Below, in pieces: positions 53,293 through 62,852 of a DNA stretch of 64,000 bases (the first letter of the stretch is position 1; every line of letters begins with the position of its first letter). The DNA lies in sequence record PV654397.1, one strand, 5' to 3'. The position numbers and the translations under genes are program-made. The notes beneath the pieces were generated by a model, which saw only the letters and a list, made by a program, of their open reading frames with translations, did no database searches and was not told the DNA's origin.

Positions 53293-54408
53293 TTATTTTT
53301 TATTGATACCAGAAAGAACATCGAGTTCTTTTAGGAATGCCATATCGTCAGCGGTCATTTCTTCGCTTTCAACAATAGCCTGACGGTTGCCAGTGATTAC
53401 TTTACCTTCTGCAAGAGTTCTCTTAGCGGAAGACTGAACTGCTTGACGAGTGGTAGCAGATTCATTTACTTTAGTACCGTTAAGTACTGACTTATGGTAC
53501 TTGCTGAAATCGTCTTTAAGCTTTTCTGTAGGAGAAGTAGCTAGAAGGGATTCCATAATTTGTTTCTGTTGTGTAGTTAGTGGCTTAACTAGTTCAGACA
53601 TAATCGCATTACGAGCTTGTGAATCTTCCATAATACGTAGTTTGGTTTTAGCAGCTTTAACTTCACTTACAGTTTCATTTAGTTCTTGTTTAACTTGTGC
53701 AATTTCGTCTTCTTTAGACTTAATTGATTCAGTTAGGGAACGTAGTAGTGAATTCTCATTAAATTGTTTGACATTAAACTCTTGAGCAAACGCTTCAAAG
53801 ATTTTACGACCAAACATATTTTGTTTTGCTTCAACAAGATCTTCTTTCAAAGCGTATAGGTTTTTCTGAGTAGTTTCTGCAATGTATTTAGCAGCACTTT
53901 CAGAGGTACGTTTGATGAAGTTGTTACGTGCTTCAGCAATTTGACGGGAGCCTTCAGCTAGTAGTTTAACGCGAGTTTCAACTAGTTGACGTTTCTCGAT
54001 GTGGAATTCTTTTAGCTCTTCTGCTAGGATACCGTTAGAGAAATTAACGAATTTACCCATGCATTCTTGAAGATGCTTACGTTCTTTACGCATTTGTTTA
54101 ACTTCTTCAGCCAAAACAGAGTTAGAAAACGCAGAGAAATTACTTAGGGTTTTACGGAGAGTTACACGATCTTCTACAAGACGTTTTTTCTCTTCATATA
54201 CTGCACCCATTTCTTCAGCGATAACTTGAGTAACCATAGTATTTAGACCTTCGGTTAGCTCGGACAAATCTTGTTTGTAGCGGCCTTTCATTTCTTCACG
54301 CATTTCTGCGGCAAGTGTGTTTTTTTCTTCATTCCATGCTTCCTGAATTAGCTGTTTTGCCTCATCAGAAAGAGATGATTCTTTTAGAAGCTTTTCTAAT
54401 TTAGACAT
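53293..54408 (-). CDS. gp22: Prohead core scaffold (gp22-like)
   Basis: Coiled-coil protein with many LxE motifs, between protease and MCP. Confidence 0.85.
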   Translation of the reverse strand: MSKLEKLLKESSLSDEAKQLIQEAWNEEKNTLAAEMREEMKGRYKQDLSELTEGLNTMVTQVIAEEMGAVYEEKKRLVEDRVTLRKTLSNFSAFSNSVLAEEVKQMRKERKHLQECMGKFVNFSNGILAEELKEFHIEKRQLVETRVKLLAEGSRQIAEARNNFIKRTSESAAKYIAETTQKNLYALKEDLVEAKQNMFGRKIFEAFAQEFNVKQFNENSLLRSLTESIKSKEDEIAQVKQELNETVSEVKAAKTKLRIMEDSQARNAIMSELVKPLTTQQKQIMESLLATSPTEKLKDDFSKYHKSVLNGTKVNESATTRQAVQSSAKRTLAEGKVITGNRQAIVESEEMTADDMAFLKELDVLSGINKK

Positions 54409-54455
54409 TCGTTCTCTCCTTTAAGTACTGAAATATCTGTACTTCAACATACAAA

Positions 54456-54463
54456 TATTTATA
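54456..54463 (-). promoter_or_regulatory. Perfect T4 late promoter TATAAATA
   Basis: Upstream of the scaffold gene. Confidence 0.8.
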
Positions 54464-54474
54464 TTTTTAAAATG

Positions 54475-55095
54475 TTAACCTTTTAATTTCTTGAAAAAAT
54501 CGTAAATTTCAGAATCTACATTATTTACTGTTTTAGATTCTGTGATTTTTTTAGGACTATTACAAGGTGATCCGTACTTACTCATCAGAGATTCAAAAAC
54601 CGCAGTAGGGTATGCCTCTGGAGCACTAGGTTGAGCAACAATATCAATTGTGATAATTTCAAAATCAGAAACTATTCCATTGTAATCCACGTTACCGGAA
54701 CCACGAGAACTTACACCAAGTTTCACACCAGCTTCTAGCATTTTACGAATATTAGTACCATGAGCAGTATCAAGTAGTTTGATTTCTGCCATGCCGTTAG
54801 CACCTTCCATCCAGACCTTAGTAATCATTGCTGCTACACGGTCAAGGTTAATTGTTAGTGTTTCAGGGTGGTCACATTCAACTAGAATACTTTCACCTTT
54901 AGCCAAACGTTGAGCCATATTATTAACAGCTTTAGTAATTTCGGCTAAAGGGTAAATTCTCTCATTTAAATTTCTTTGATCGGCTTGAATAGCAATACCA
55001 CGAAGATAGCAATCACGCCCACCAAGTCCATTATCACGATGTTCCAAAACAACTTTAGAATCATTGAATGAAGACCATTCACGAATCATACTCAT
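54475..55095 (-). CDS. gp21: Prohead protease (gp21-like)
   Basis: NLNERIYP, ECDHP, LGVSSRGSG, DIVAQPSAPEA; late promoter at 55118-23. Confidence 0.93.
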   Translation of the reverse strand: MSMIREWSSFNDSKVVLEHRDNGLGGRDCYLRGIAIQADQRNLNERIYPLAEITKAVNNMAQRLAKGESILVECDHPETLTINLDRVAAMITKVWMEGANGMAEIKLLDTAHGTNIRKMLEAGVKLGVSSRGSGNVDYNGIVSDFEIITIDIVAQPSAPEAYPTAVFESLMSKYGSPCNSPKKITESKTVNNVDSEIYDFFKKLKG

Positions 55096-55126
55096 AATGA
55101 TCTCCTTTCCTTTTCTTTATTTAGTG

Positions 55127-55960
55127 TTAGATTTTTGGTTGTGATTTTGGTAGTGGAGAACGAGATTTAGAAGCGGTATTTTTTGGCTTCGCAACATCTT
55201 TCATTTCGCCACGAGCATTTTTACCTAGGTCTTCATCAGTGTGGGACATAGCATCTTCGTTTTCAAAATCATAATCTACTTGTTTTTCGGAAGCTTTAGC
55301 GAATTTCACTGGAGCAACACCTTGAACTGGAGATTTAGCTTCTGGTGCAACTGGGGACTTGGTATTAACGCCAGCTTTTTCTTTCTTATCAACCGCAGCA
55401 ACTTGCTTAAGTTTGAAAGACTCACCAACTTTCTCATCACCGAATTGTACATCAGCAAATTCGTCTTCAGATTCTTCACCATCAGCACCGAATTCTTCTT
55501 CCGCACCAACTTCAACTTCTTCGTCGTCAGAACCTAGGTCAACTTCATCACCACCGATTTCGTCAAACATTTGTTGTAGGCCACGGAAAGCATCTTGAAT
55601 AGATTCCCATTGGTCTTCGGAAGGAACTTCTGCACCAACTTCTGCTTCAGCGTCAACTTCTTCGCCATCAGCATCAGCAGAGAATTCAACTTCTTCTTCT
55701 GCACTTTCATCTTCTTCACCTAGGGTGTATTCGATTTCAGCATTTAGACCAGCGTCTGGTTGAACATCAAAGTCTTCGTCAAGTTTTTCTTCGTCTTTGA
55801 CTTCAACTTCACATTCTTCTTCGTCCATGCTTTCTTCTAGTTCTTTATTGATTTCTTGAGCTTGCTCAACAAAGTACTTACGCATTTTTTTATCAGCAAC
55901 ATCTTGTTCGCCGTTTGCAAACGCTTCAATTGCTTCTTGTAGTAGTTTTAAATTCGCCAT
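55127..55960 (-). CDS. Acidic prohead core protein (gp67/68-like position)
   Basis: Very Glu/Asp-rich; GGAGG RBS; late promoter at 56004-09. Confidence 0.7.
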   Translation of the reverse strand: MANLKLLQEAIEAFANGEQDVADKKMRKYFVEQAQEINKELEESMDEEECEVEVKDEEKLDEDFDVQPDAGLNAEIEYTLGEEDESAEEEVEFSADADGEEVDAEAEVGAEVPSEDQWESIQDAFRGLQQMFDEIGGDEVDLGSDDEEVEVGAEEEFGADGEESEDEFADVQFGDEKVGESFKLKQVAAVDKKEKAGVNTKSPVAPEAKSPVQGVAPVKFAKASEKQVDYDFENEDAMSHTDEDLGKNARGEMKDVAKPKNTASKSRSPLPKSQPKI

Positions 55961-56060
55961 TATATCCTCCATAGATATATTACATTCATATAAAGTATGA
56001 TATTATTTAGTACTGAAAAATTTCGCCATTTTTAAAAGCTTTAAAAAGTGCGATTTTTGT

Positions 56061-56288
56061 TTACATTAATCCTGAACCATCACCGGATGGTGCTGCTGCA
56101 TAAACAACAGCGACAACATTTTTGCGTCGTTGTTCTTCATTAGCTTTAAATTCACGGTACTTTCTTAAATTATTAAGTACTTGTAATGTTAGTTTTGGTT
56201 TTCTGGAATCAGTAATTTTATATACGTTCTGATCATCTTCAGGGTCGTATAAAGAATCACTGCTAGATTCAAAGATGTCCTTTAACAT
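56061..56288 (-). CDS. Small hypothetical head-cluster protein
   Basis: 75 aa; GGAG RBS; late promoter at 56353-59. Confidence 0.65.
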   Translation of the reverse strand: MLKDIFESSSDSLYDPEDDQNVYKITDSRKPKLTLQVLNNLRKYREFKANEEQRRKNVVAVVYAAAPSGDGSGLM

Positions 56289-56361
56289 TTCATCTCCTTT
56301 GAATATGCATTATAATGAGGGCAACTAATGTACCCTCATTCTTATACATTGTTATTTATGA

Positions 56362-58098
56362 TTAAAAAGAATCGCCTAAATTATTCGGGTTAAAACCTGC
56401 ACTTCCTTGTTGTTCTTGGTATTCAGCATCGGCACTTTCTAAGTTACCGTCACCATCAATACCCAAATCCATACCAGGATCGTTAGGAGCATCTATACCA
56501 ACAGATTGCAACCCAGCAGCATCTTCTTCACCACTTGACGGAGCGGAACCATCTTGTGGATTTTCTTGGAGCCACATTTGCTCATTCTTAACAATATCAG
56601 CTTTAGAGAAGCCCATTTTTTCAAGAATAGTTTGTTTTGCCATATATGGCAGATCGTTAAGTGGGAGATAGGTGTTAATTAGTTTAGCATCTAGTTCCGC
56701 TTTACGATAAGAAGCCAAGTTAATAGGTGGATTCATAATTACTTCAAAAGATGAAGTACTAATGTTATATCCATTTTTAACCATAAAACGTTTAAATTCT
56801 GCATCAAATAGTTTTGCAACTAAACGTTGATAACGCATACATTGGTTATTAAAACGTAATTCACTTGCCATTGCTTGTGTTGCACCATCACCGAATAGTG
56901 ATACACCACCATCATCTGGACCTTGCGGTAGATATGAAGCTGGAATTTGCAATCCACGAATCAATTTATTGTTGAAGTAACGCAAGTCATCAATCTGACC
57001 TAAGTTATCACCACCAGGAAGTGTTTGTACATCTGAACCACGACCTTCAGAAGTTTGTGGGAAGAAGTAATCTTCTAGAATACTTAATGGATTATATGCT
57101 GCATCCATTAGAGAAGTACTGCCACCTTTATTTGAAGGGATACGNNNNNNNNNNNNNNNNNNNNNNNNNNNNNNNNNNNNNNNNNNNNNNNNNNNNNNNN
57201 NNNNNNNNNNNNNNNNNNNNNNNNNNNNNNNNNNNNNNNNNNNNNNNNNNNNNNNNNNNNNNNNNNNNNNNNNNNNNNNNNNNNNNNNNNNNNNNNNNNC
57301 TTTGAAAACATCTTCAAGTATACTAGTACCAAAAGGCCAAACTCCATCTTGTCCTGTATTTAGGGTTAGATGAATTACGTGTTCTGCACCAACTGGAATA
57401 ACATCAAGACGACCGTTAGTACTGAATGGGTCAGCAGAGTTTCCTTGGTTAGTAAAGCCAGATGCACCACCTGCTGCTACTGAACCACCGCCACCTAATG
57501 TGGTAGGGATTGCACCAGGATATGCAGTTTTGTCAAAACCAACTTGCAAGTTACTAAACACTTTATCTTTAAGATTCAAAGATACGTCACGGATATAATA
57601 AATTACAGGGGTTTTTCCGGTTGCTTCGTTAACGAATACTTGTTCAACGTTTTTTGGGCTTACCCAGTACCAGTCAAATGTTTCTGGGTCACGAATGAAG
57701 AATTGGTCACCGTATTTTAATAGGCCACGTACAATTTCATACATTCTGGTTTTAAAATCATTTTGTTCAGTCCATGCATCCAAACGGTCTTCAATAGTAG
57801 TTACTTCTGTATCACCAATATCATCTTTATATTTGATTTTATATGGAAGACCAAAATCTTCAGTACTTTGTGTACAGAAGTCAGCAATGATATTAAGTGC
57901 TGTTCTAATTTCAGGATCTTGGTCCATCTGTTCATACTGACTATAACGTTCAGTACGGTTAGCTAAACCATTGTATACTACTGGAAGATAGGAAGCGAAA
58001 TTGGTTTTCGTTCCTGTTGATTTGTTGCTATTACTGGACTGATTAGGGACGACCGATAACTTCGATCTCCCCATTGTCATATGTCGTTTCCAACTCAT
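56362..58098 (-). CDS. gp20: Portal protein (gp20-like; N gap 57145-57299)
   Basis: YEQMDQDPEI, EDYFFP...GRGSDVQTLPGGDNLGQIDDLRYF..KL..GLQIPAS. Confidence 0.93.
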   Translation of the reverse strand: MSWKRHMTMGRSKLSVVPNQSSNSNKSTGTKTNFASYLPVVYNGLANRTERYSQYEQMDQDPEIRTALNIIADFCTQSTEDFGLPYKIKYKDDIGDTEVTTIEDRLDAWTEQNDFKTRMYEIVRGLLKYGDQFFIRDPETFDWYWVSPKNVEQVFVNEATGKTPVIYYIRDVSLNLKDKVFSNLQVGFDKTAYPGAIPTTLGGGGSVAAGGASGFTNQGNSADPFSTNGRLDVIPVGAEHVIHLTLNTGQDGVWPFGTSILEDVFKXXXXXXXXXXXXXXXXXXXXXXXXXXXXXXXXXXXXXXXXXXXXXXXXXXXXRIPSNKGGSTSLMDAAYNPLSILEDYFFPQTSEGRGSDVQTLPGGDNLGQIDDLRYFNNKLIRGLQIPASYLPQGPDDGGVSLFGDGATQAMASELRFNNQCMRYQRLVAKLFDAEFKRFMVKNGYNISTSSFEVIMNPPINLASYRKAELDAKLINTYLPLNDLPYMAKQTILEKMGFSKADIVKNEQMWLQENPQDGSAPSSGEEDAAGLQSVGIDAPNDPGMDLGIDGDGNLESADAEYQEQQGSAGFNPNNLGDSF

Positions 58099-58110
58099 TA
58101 TTGTTCGTCC

Positions 58111-60312
58111 TTAACTGTTTCTCTCACCTTGGGTGTTTTCAGAGATAGTTCTTAGATAATTATTTGTCTGTTGTACAGCAGATAGTGATTGTTCATTAAC
58201 ATCGGCAAGCTTTTTGAGTATTTCTTTCATTTCATCAGAAATCGGTGCTGGTGGTCCAGTTCTCGATGTCACTGCACTACCATTATTTATCATCTTCTTA
58301 ATTGCCTCTGTATCGTCAGGTTTTGGTGGAACTGGTGGTTCACCTGGTGCCCATGCAGTTTTATCAAAATCTTTACGAGATACAGTTATTTCTGGAGCAA
58401 CGTTATTGGTTTTTTCAATAACAGGACGAATACGTTCTACTCCTGGACGGTTGAATAAACTGTCAGCATAATCAGATGGTAGTGGTTTTGGTTCTTTGTA
58501 GTTACGTGAGGTGTTCCATTTGTTGAACTTATCCCACATCCCTGCAAAATAATCACTAACACTATTTACACCGTTGTCAATGATGTTGTTTACGCTTTCT
58601 GCTGGGGTTTCAGTACTGTTATTGAGTTTTATATCATTATCAGAACCACCACCGAACCAACTTTTAACAGAATTCCATAGGTTACCAGGTAAATCCATTA
58701 AGTTATTCATAAAGGTATCAAATGCTTCTGACACTTTAGAGTAACCTGAACCGAATATATCTGCACCCAATCCATCCAACCAAGCTGTAAATTCAGCACC
58801 AATACGATCAAGGTAAGCAATTGCATCTTTAGCAATAGGTACTAACCCAAATCCATCAAGAGCCAATTCCCCAATAAACTCCCATGCACCATCAGTTCTG
58901 TCTGCAATGTCAGAAAGATAATCCACAATTGAATTTTGTGTATTAGCATACATTATATTAAATGGTTCAGTGAATTCTTTACTAATCCACATATTGAAGC
59001 GGTTGGTAAATTGAGTTAATTTATCAGCCGGATTATTTTGTGCAGCATTGAATCTGGATTCTGCGGCTAGAAGTTCTTTAAGAGCAGCAGCAGCAGCAGC
59101 CCCTTCAGAACCACGTTGTTGTTGATAATACAACTCCATTTCCAATTCACTTTTATTCTTCTTGGTATATTCCATTATTTTGCGTTGTAAATCAACGGAA
59201 CTGGTCCCAGATCTAACAAGTTCAGAAACGTAATTACTAAGATCGAACAATTCAGGAGCTAATATATCATCAGGAAGTGCTCCAGTTGTGATTTTGGAGT
59301 TTACTATGCTTAGAAGTTTTGGTCCAAAGTCACCCATTGCTGCGGAAGCTTCAACTATATTCTTTGCCGCAGTTGCTGCTGCATCAGAAGTCAGTCCACC
59401 TACATGTTCAAGTGATATTGCAATTGATTTTGCGTCAAGTGAATCATCAAGAGAACTAGTTTTATTCAACAGTGAATCTACCGACTCACCCATTGCTTTA
59501 CTGAAAGTGGTTATTGTTTTTATAAATTGTTCAGTACTGCGTTCTTGGTTAGCACGCTGTAGTAATTCTTTACCGCCCAATAATTTTTGAACTTTAATAT
59601 TCCTAGCAGTTAGATCAATTAGTGTTTTTTGAGATATGCCATATAAACCAAGTTCTTTCTGTGCAAGTTGGACATTTCCAACTAAGTTTGCGAATGCCAT
59701 TGTTCCATCGCCATACAACGCACCCAACTGGTTTACTGCTTGGGCATGAACTGATACTGCCTCAGAAAACTGATCAACACTCATCATCGCTGCACCAGCA
59801 CCTTTCAGTACTGACCCATAACCTTCAGCCAATGCAACACCAGCACTGTTAATTCTGGTGTATACTTCCAATTGTGCATTAAGGGCATTGTATACAGCAA
59901 GACCAGCACCAGTAACGAGTTTAAATGCTGCTGCCGCTGCACCAATTGGACCTGGCATCATTGCTAATGAACCAGCAAATGAGGATGCACTAACGCCTAA
60001 TGAGTTTACTACAGTACTTACGTTGTTACTGGAGTTCATCATTGTTTTGCTTACATTAGAAACTTCAGAAGATAGTGATTTGAACAATTTACCAAATGCT
60101 TTCCCGTCATCGGCTTGTGCACTTCCACGAGTTCCACGATTACTGGAAGAACTGGAACTGGAACCATTCTTTTTACTATTTGAACCTGATTTTTTCTTAT
60201 CATTCTTTATATTTTCAGCTAATAACTCACGGATAGCAGTCAAACTATCATTGTTATCTTTAGTTTGATTAACCAACTGCTGTAGTAGGTAATCACTTGT
60301 ATTGACAGCCAT
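58111..60312 (-). CDS. Putative tape-measure / baseplate hub protein
   Basis: 733 aa, Ala/Gly/Ser-rich helical; divergent from a chaperone-like gene; late promoter at 60345-51. Confidence 0.6.
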   Translation of the reverse strand: MAVNTSDYLLQQLVNQTKDNNDSLTAIRELLAENIKNDKKKSGSNSKKNGSSSSSSSNRGTRGSAQADDGKAFGKLFKSLSSEVSNVSKTMMNSSNNVSTVVNSLGVSASSFAGSLAMMPGPIGAAAAAFKLVTGAGLAVYNALNAQLEVYTRINSAGVALAEGYGSVLKGAGAAMMSVDQFSEAVSVHAQAVNQLGALYGDGTMAFANLVGNVQLAQKELGLYGISQKTLIDLTARNIKVQKLLGGKELLQRANQERSTEQFIKTITTFSKAMGESVDSLLNKTSSLDDSLDAKSIAISLEHVGGLTSDAAATAAKNIVEASAAMGDFGPKLLSIVNSKITTGALPDDILAPELFDLSNYVSELVRSGTSSVDLQRKIMEYTKKNKSELEMELYYQQQRGSEGAAAAAALKELLAAESRFNAAQNNPADKLTQFTNRFNMWISKEFTEPFNIMYANTQNSIVDYLSDIADRTDGAWEFIGELALDGFGLVPIAKDAIAYLDRIGAEFTAWLDGLGADIFGSGYSKVSEAFDTFMNNLMDLPGNLWNSVKSWFGGGSDNDIKLNNSTETPAESVNNIIDNGVNSVSDYFAGMWDKFNKWNTSRNYKEPKPLPSDYADSLFNRPGVERIRPVIEKTNNVAPEITVSRKDFDKTAWAPGEPPVPPKPDDTEAIKKMINNGSAVTSRTGPPAPISDEMKEILKKLADVNEQSLSAVQQTNNYLRTISENTQGERNS

Positions 60313-60458
60313 AACATTCCCTTTTAATAGATGTATTATAGAAATATTTATGAATCTATAACGAATAAAAAAAGACCCATCTATAACATTTGTCCAATTT
60401 GTCCCATTTTTTGGTAATAAATACTACAGAGACATTTATTACATGGAGATTTAATAAA

Positions 60459-61295
60459 ATGGCAATGAACCCACTAGCTAAGTATACTAAAATTGAAGAA
60501 CTTGGTACAAAATTGGTCACAAATGGCGTGATTCCTTATAAAGAAGGAGTTCTTGGCTCTAAAGGTATCAAATGTGGCATTTGTGCTCGTAGTGCACGTG
60601 ATGAAATGACACTCAATACACCAGATATGCTTCTAAATGGTGATGCAATTGCTCGTGTTATTGAAAACTGCGTACCTAACGTACTTGATGCAGATGAACT
60701 TTATGTAAATGACGTAGAGCAACTACTTATCGCTATTAAAGTAGCTTCTAAAGAAGAATCATATGATATTAATGTGACATGCCCTGAATGTAACAAAGAA
60801 GGCCGTTTTGAGCGTAGCTTATCATATCTACTAGAAACAGCACAAACTTTCAGTGAAGTTCCTACTGTACAATTGGATAATGGACTAAGTTTAGAGTTTA
60901 GACCACTTACTTGGAAGGAATATTCTAACTTCGCAGAAAGAATGTTTACAGAACAACAAAAAACTAAATTCCTTGAAACTGCCGAAATGGAGCAGGAAGA
61001 AAAAGTTAAAGTGTTTGGTGAAGTATTTGAAAGTATGGCACAACTCAACTTTGATATGATCGCAGGAGTTATTGCTAAAGTAATTACTCCTGAAGGTGAT
61101 GAAGTAACTGAAAACGAATTCATTTCTGAATGGCTAGGCCAGCAGTCCAAAGGAACACTTAAAATAATTCGTGAAAAAATGGATGAAGTACTTGAAATTG
61201 GTGTTTCCCATACTATGGAAGTTGAATGCAGTGACTGTAATCATCAATGGGAAATTAATGGACTGAAATATGACCCAAGTCATTTTTTCGCATAA
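60459..61295 (+). CDS. Baseplate hub / tail assembly chaperone (T4 gp26-like)
   Basis: MNPLAKY, DEMTLNTPDMLLNG, DVEQLLIAIK, two CxxC; late promoter at 60417-23. Confidence 0.75.
   Translation: MAMNPLAKYTKIEELGTKLVTNGVIPYKEGVLGSKGIKCGICARSARDEMTLNTPDMLLNGDAIARVIENCVPNVLDADELYVNDVEQLLIAIKVASKEESYDINVTCPECNKEGRFERSLSYLLETAQTFSEVPTVQLDNGLSLEFRPLTWKEYSNFAERMFTEQQKTKFLETAEMEQEEKVKVFGEVFESMAQLNFDMIAGVIAKVITPEGDEVTENEFISEWLGQQSKGTLKIIREKMDEVLEIGVSHTMEVECSDCNHQWEINGLKYDPSHFFA
61283..61289 (+). other. -1 slippery heptamer T TTT TTC at the end of the chaperone gene
   Basis: CAT TTT TTC GCA TAA; the -1 frame runs into ATG 61295. Confidence 0.6.
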
Positions 61296-61504
61296 TGCTT
61301 CTCCACTCATCTCCTGAAGAAATACAAGAAGTACTTAAGGAATTTGAGTTGAATAAGTCAGATATTAAAACTGCATTAATGGAGTGTTCTGTTTATATGG
61401 AAAGTGTTGATTACGGAACACTACTTAATATGCCACTAATTGATAGAGACTTATTAGTTAAGTCTTTTAATAAGAAAATTAAAAAACAAAACGAGAAGCA
61501 CTAA
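61295..61504 (+). CDS. Small chaperone extension ORF (gp51/GT-like)
   Basis: 69 aa in the -1 frame; LLNMPLIDRDLL motif typical of tail chaperone second ORFs. Confidence 0.65.
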   Translation: MLLHSSPEEIQEVLKEFELNKSDIKTALMECSVYMESVDYGTLLNMPLIDRDLLVKSFNKKIKKQNEKH

Positions 61505-61512
61505 CTCACAAG

Positions 61513-61540
61513 GAGCCAGCACATTGTTGCTGGTTTTTTT
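61513..61540 (+). terminator. Intrinsic terminator
   Basis: AGCCAGCA/TGCTGGTT + T-run. Confidence 0.75.
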
Positions 61541-61760
61541 TGGTTTTTAAACTACAGAATTGATTGAATTGAATTATGAAAGGAATTAATTATTTTATAG
61601 TGAACTCATCTAACTCATTTCATTCGTTAGCTGAAGAATATTCGTTACTACGTAACTCATATTCATTTCTTATAATTAATTATAAAGAACTTTAAAAGAT
61701 TTAATACTTGACGGGATTTGTTGAAGACATTTTCATCCCCCCGCAGGGGAATGAAGACAA

Positions 61761-61785
61761 TAAAAAAGAGACAATTAAGTCTCTT
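61761..61785 (-). terminator. Intrinsic terminator of the ORF-less unit
   Basis: Minus strand AAGAGAC-ttaatt-GTCTCTT-TTTT. Confidence 0.7.
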
Positions 61786-62215
61786 AATTCTTGACGCTGA
61801 TGGTTTCAGCATTTATTGTATTGCGAATTTCTTAAAATTCATTAAGAACGAAAGCGGGTTGCTCTGTTTCTCTCTATCGCAGTCATGTGCAACGGTCGTC
61901 AGTCTTAATCATCCTGACACTCACCTGAAAGTCTATACAATCAAACTTCAGGCTGTTTATTAAATCACTTAATAAACTCCCTTAGCAAATCTGGTAAGGT
62001 GCGATCCTTATACATCTATCGAGGAACTCTCTGTATGCTTATCGGAGTTCTTTATTGAGCCGTGTCGCCGTGAGGGGTTCAAACTATGCCCACATCTAAC
62101 GGGTTTCTTCTGCTCATCGCACTGTTGAACTGCTCATCTGCCATCTACATTTTCGATAGGATCAGGTTCTAATTTATATGCATTTCTGCATTCAACAGGA
62201 TTGTCATCACTACAA
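61761..62215 (-). ncRNA. Candidate ~450-nt structured non-coding RNA
   Basis: Bounded by promoter 62221-49 and hairpin+U-tract 61761-85; no minus-strand ORF longer than about 21 aa seen; at least 8 hairpins. Confidence 0.55.
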
Positions 62216-62220
62216 TTAAC

Positions 62221-62249
62221 ATTATAGCACCAAATTCAAAAGTGTCTCA
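62221..62249 (-). promoter_or_regulatory. TGAGAC-N17-TATAAT promoter
   Basis: Exact match pointing into the ORF-less region. Confidence 0.8.
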
Positions 62250-62342
62250 CTATTATGATAAAAAAATTATAAAAAGTACATAATTCTTGAACATTGAAGT
62301 AACGCATAAATATTTTGATAAGAATTAGTTTAGTGGGGATTT

Positions 62343-62834
62343 ATGAAGAAAAGATTAAAAGATAGTAAAGAAGCTGCAAACTATCGAAATGAATTACTAA
62401 AGAAGCAAAAAGGAATTGATCCTATAATTAAGGAACCAATTACTAAGCCAGTACTTGATCACTATCACTTCGAGAATCAACACTGTCGTGAAGTTCTCCA
62501 GAACGAAGTGAACGCATGGGAAGGTAAAGTACAGAACAGCTTTAATCGCTATATGAAGCACTTAACCGATAAACCCTTATACGAGGTACTACGAAATCTT
62601 GCGGATTATCTGGAGCGTAATAACAGCATTCCTGAAGATGAGCAAGTTATACATCACACTGCACTAACAATCGATACGAATAAGTTTAAAAGGCTCCCAG
62701 CAGGACAACAGAATGCAATACTGGAAGAGTTAGGTGTTATCCCTGGTGCAAACAATGCTGCTCGTGTTAAGCAAGCCAGAAAGCTTATCAAGGAAGGCAA
62801 ATTAAATATGGTAGATGTAAAAAAAGGGAGCTAA
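62343..62834 (+). CDS. gp49: Recombination endonuclease VII-like Holliday junction resolvase
   Basis: KKQKGIDPI..VLDHYH..REVLQNEVNAWEGKV parallels T4 gp49; late promoter at 62306-12. Confidence 0.75.
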   Translation: MKKRLKDSKEAANYRNELLKKQKGIDPIIKEPITKPVLDHYHFENQHCREVLQNEVNAWEGKVQNSFNRYMKHLTDKPLYEVLRNLADYLERNNSIPEDEQVIHHTALTIDTNKFKRLPAGQQNAILEELGVIPGANNAARVKQARKLIKEGKLNMVDVKKGS

Positions 62835-62843
62835 GGCTCCCTT
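62824..62843. terminator. Bidirectional terminator
   Basis: AAGGGAGC-taag-GCTCCCTT. Confidence 0.7.
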
Positions 62844-62852
62844 TCCTTTTAA

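Noticed and set aside
57145-57299. N gap in the portal as a possible fourth frameshift site
   Set aside because: Flanking frames are continuous (52 codons), about the length expected for the conserved T4-like portal segment; cannot be evaluated.
61718-61963. 81-aa plus-strand ORF in the intergenic region
   Set aside because: TTG start, no RBS, atypical composition, and antisense to a promoter-terminator unit.
62040-62050. UCCG in the putative ncRNA as an anticodon for CGGA
   Set aside because: A 4-mer is expected by chance, it is partly in a stem, and there is no tRNA cloverleaf around it.
62060-62100. GGTTCAAA as a tRNA T-loop
   Set aside because: Flanks do not pair into a T-stem and there is no acceptor stem.
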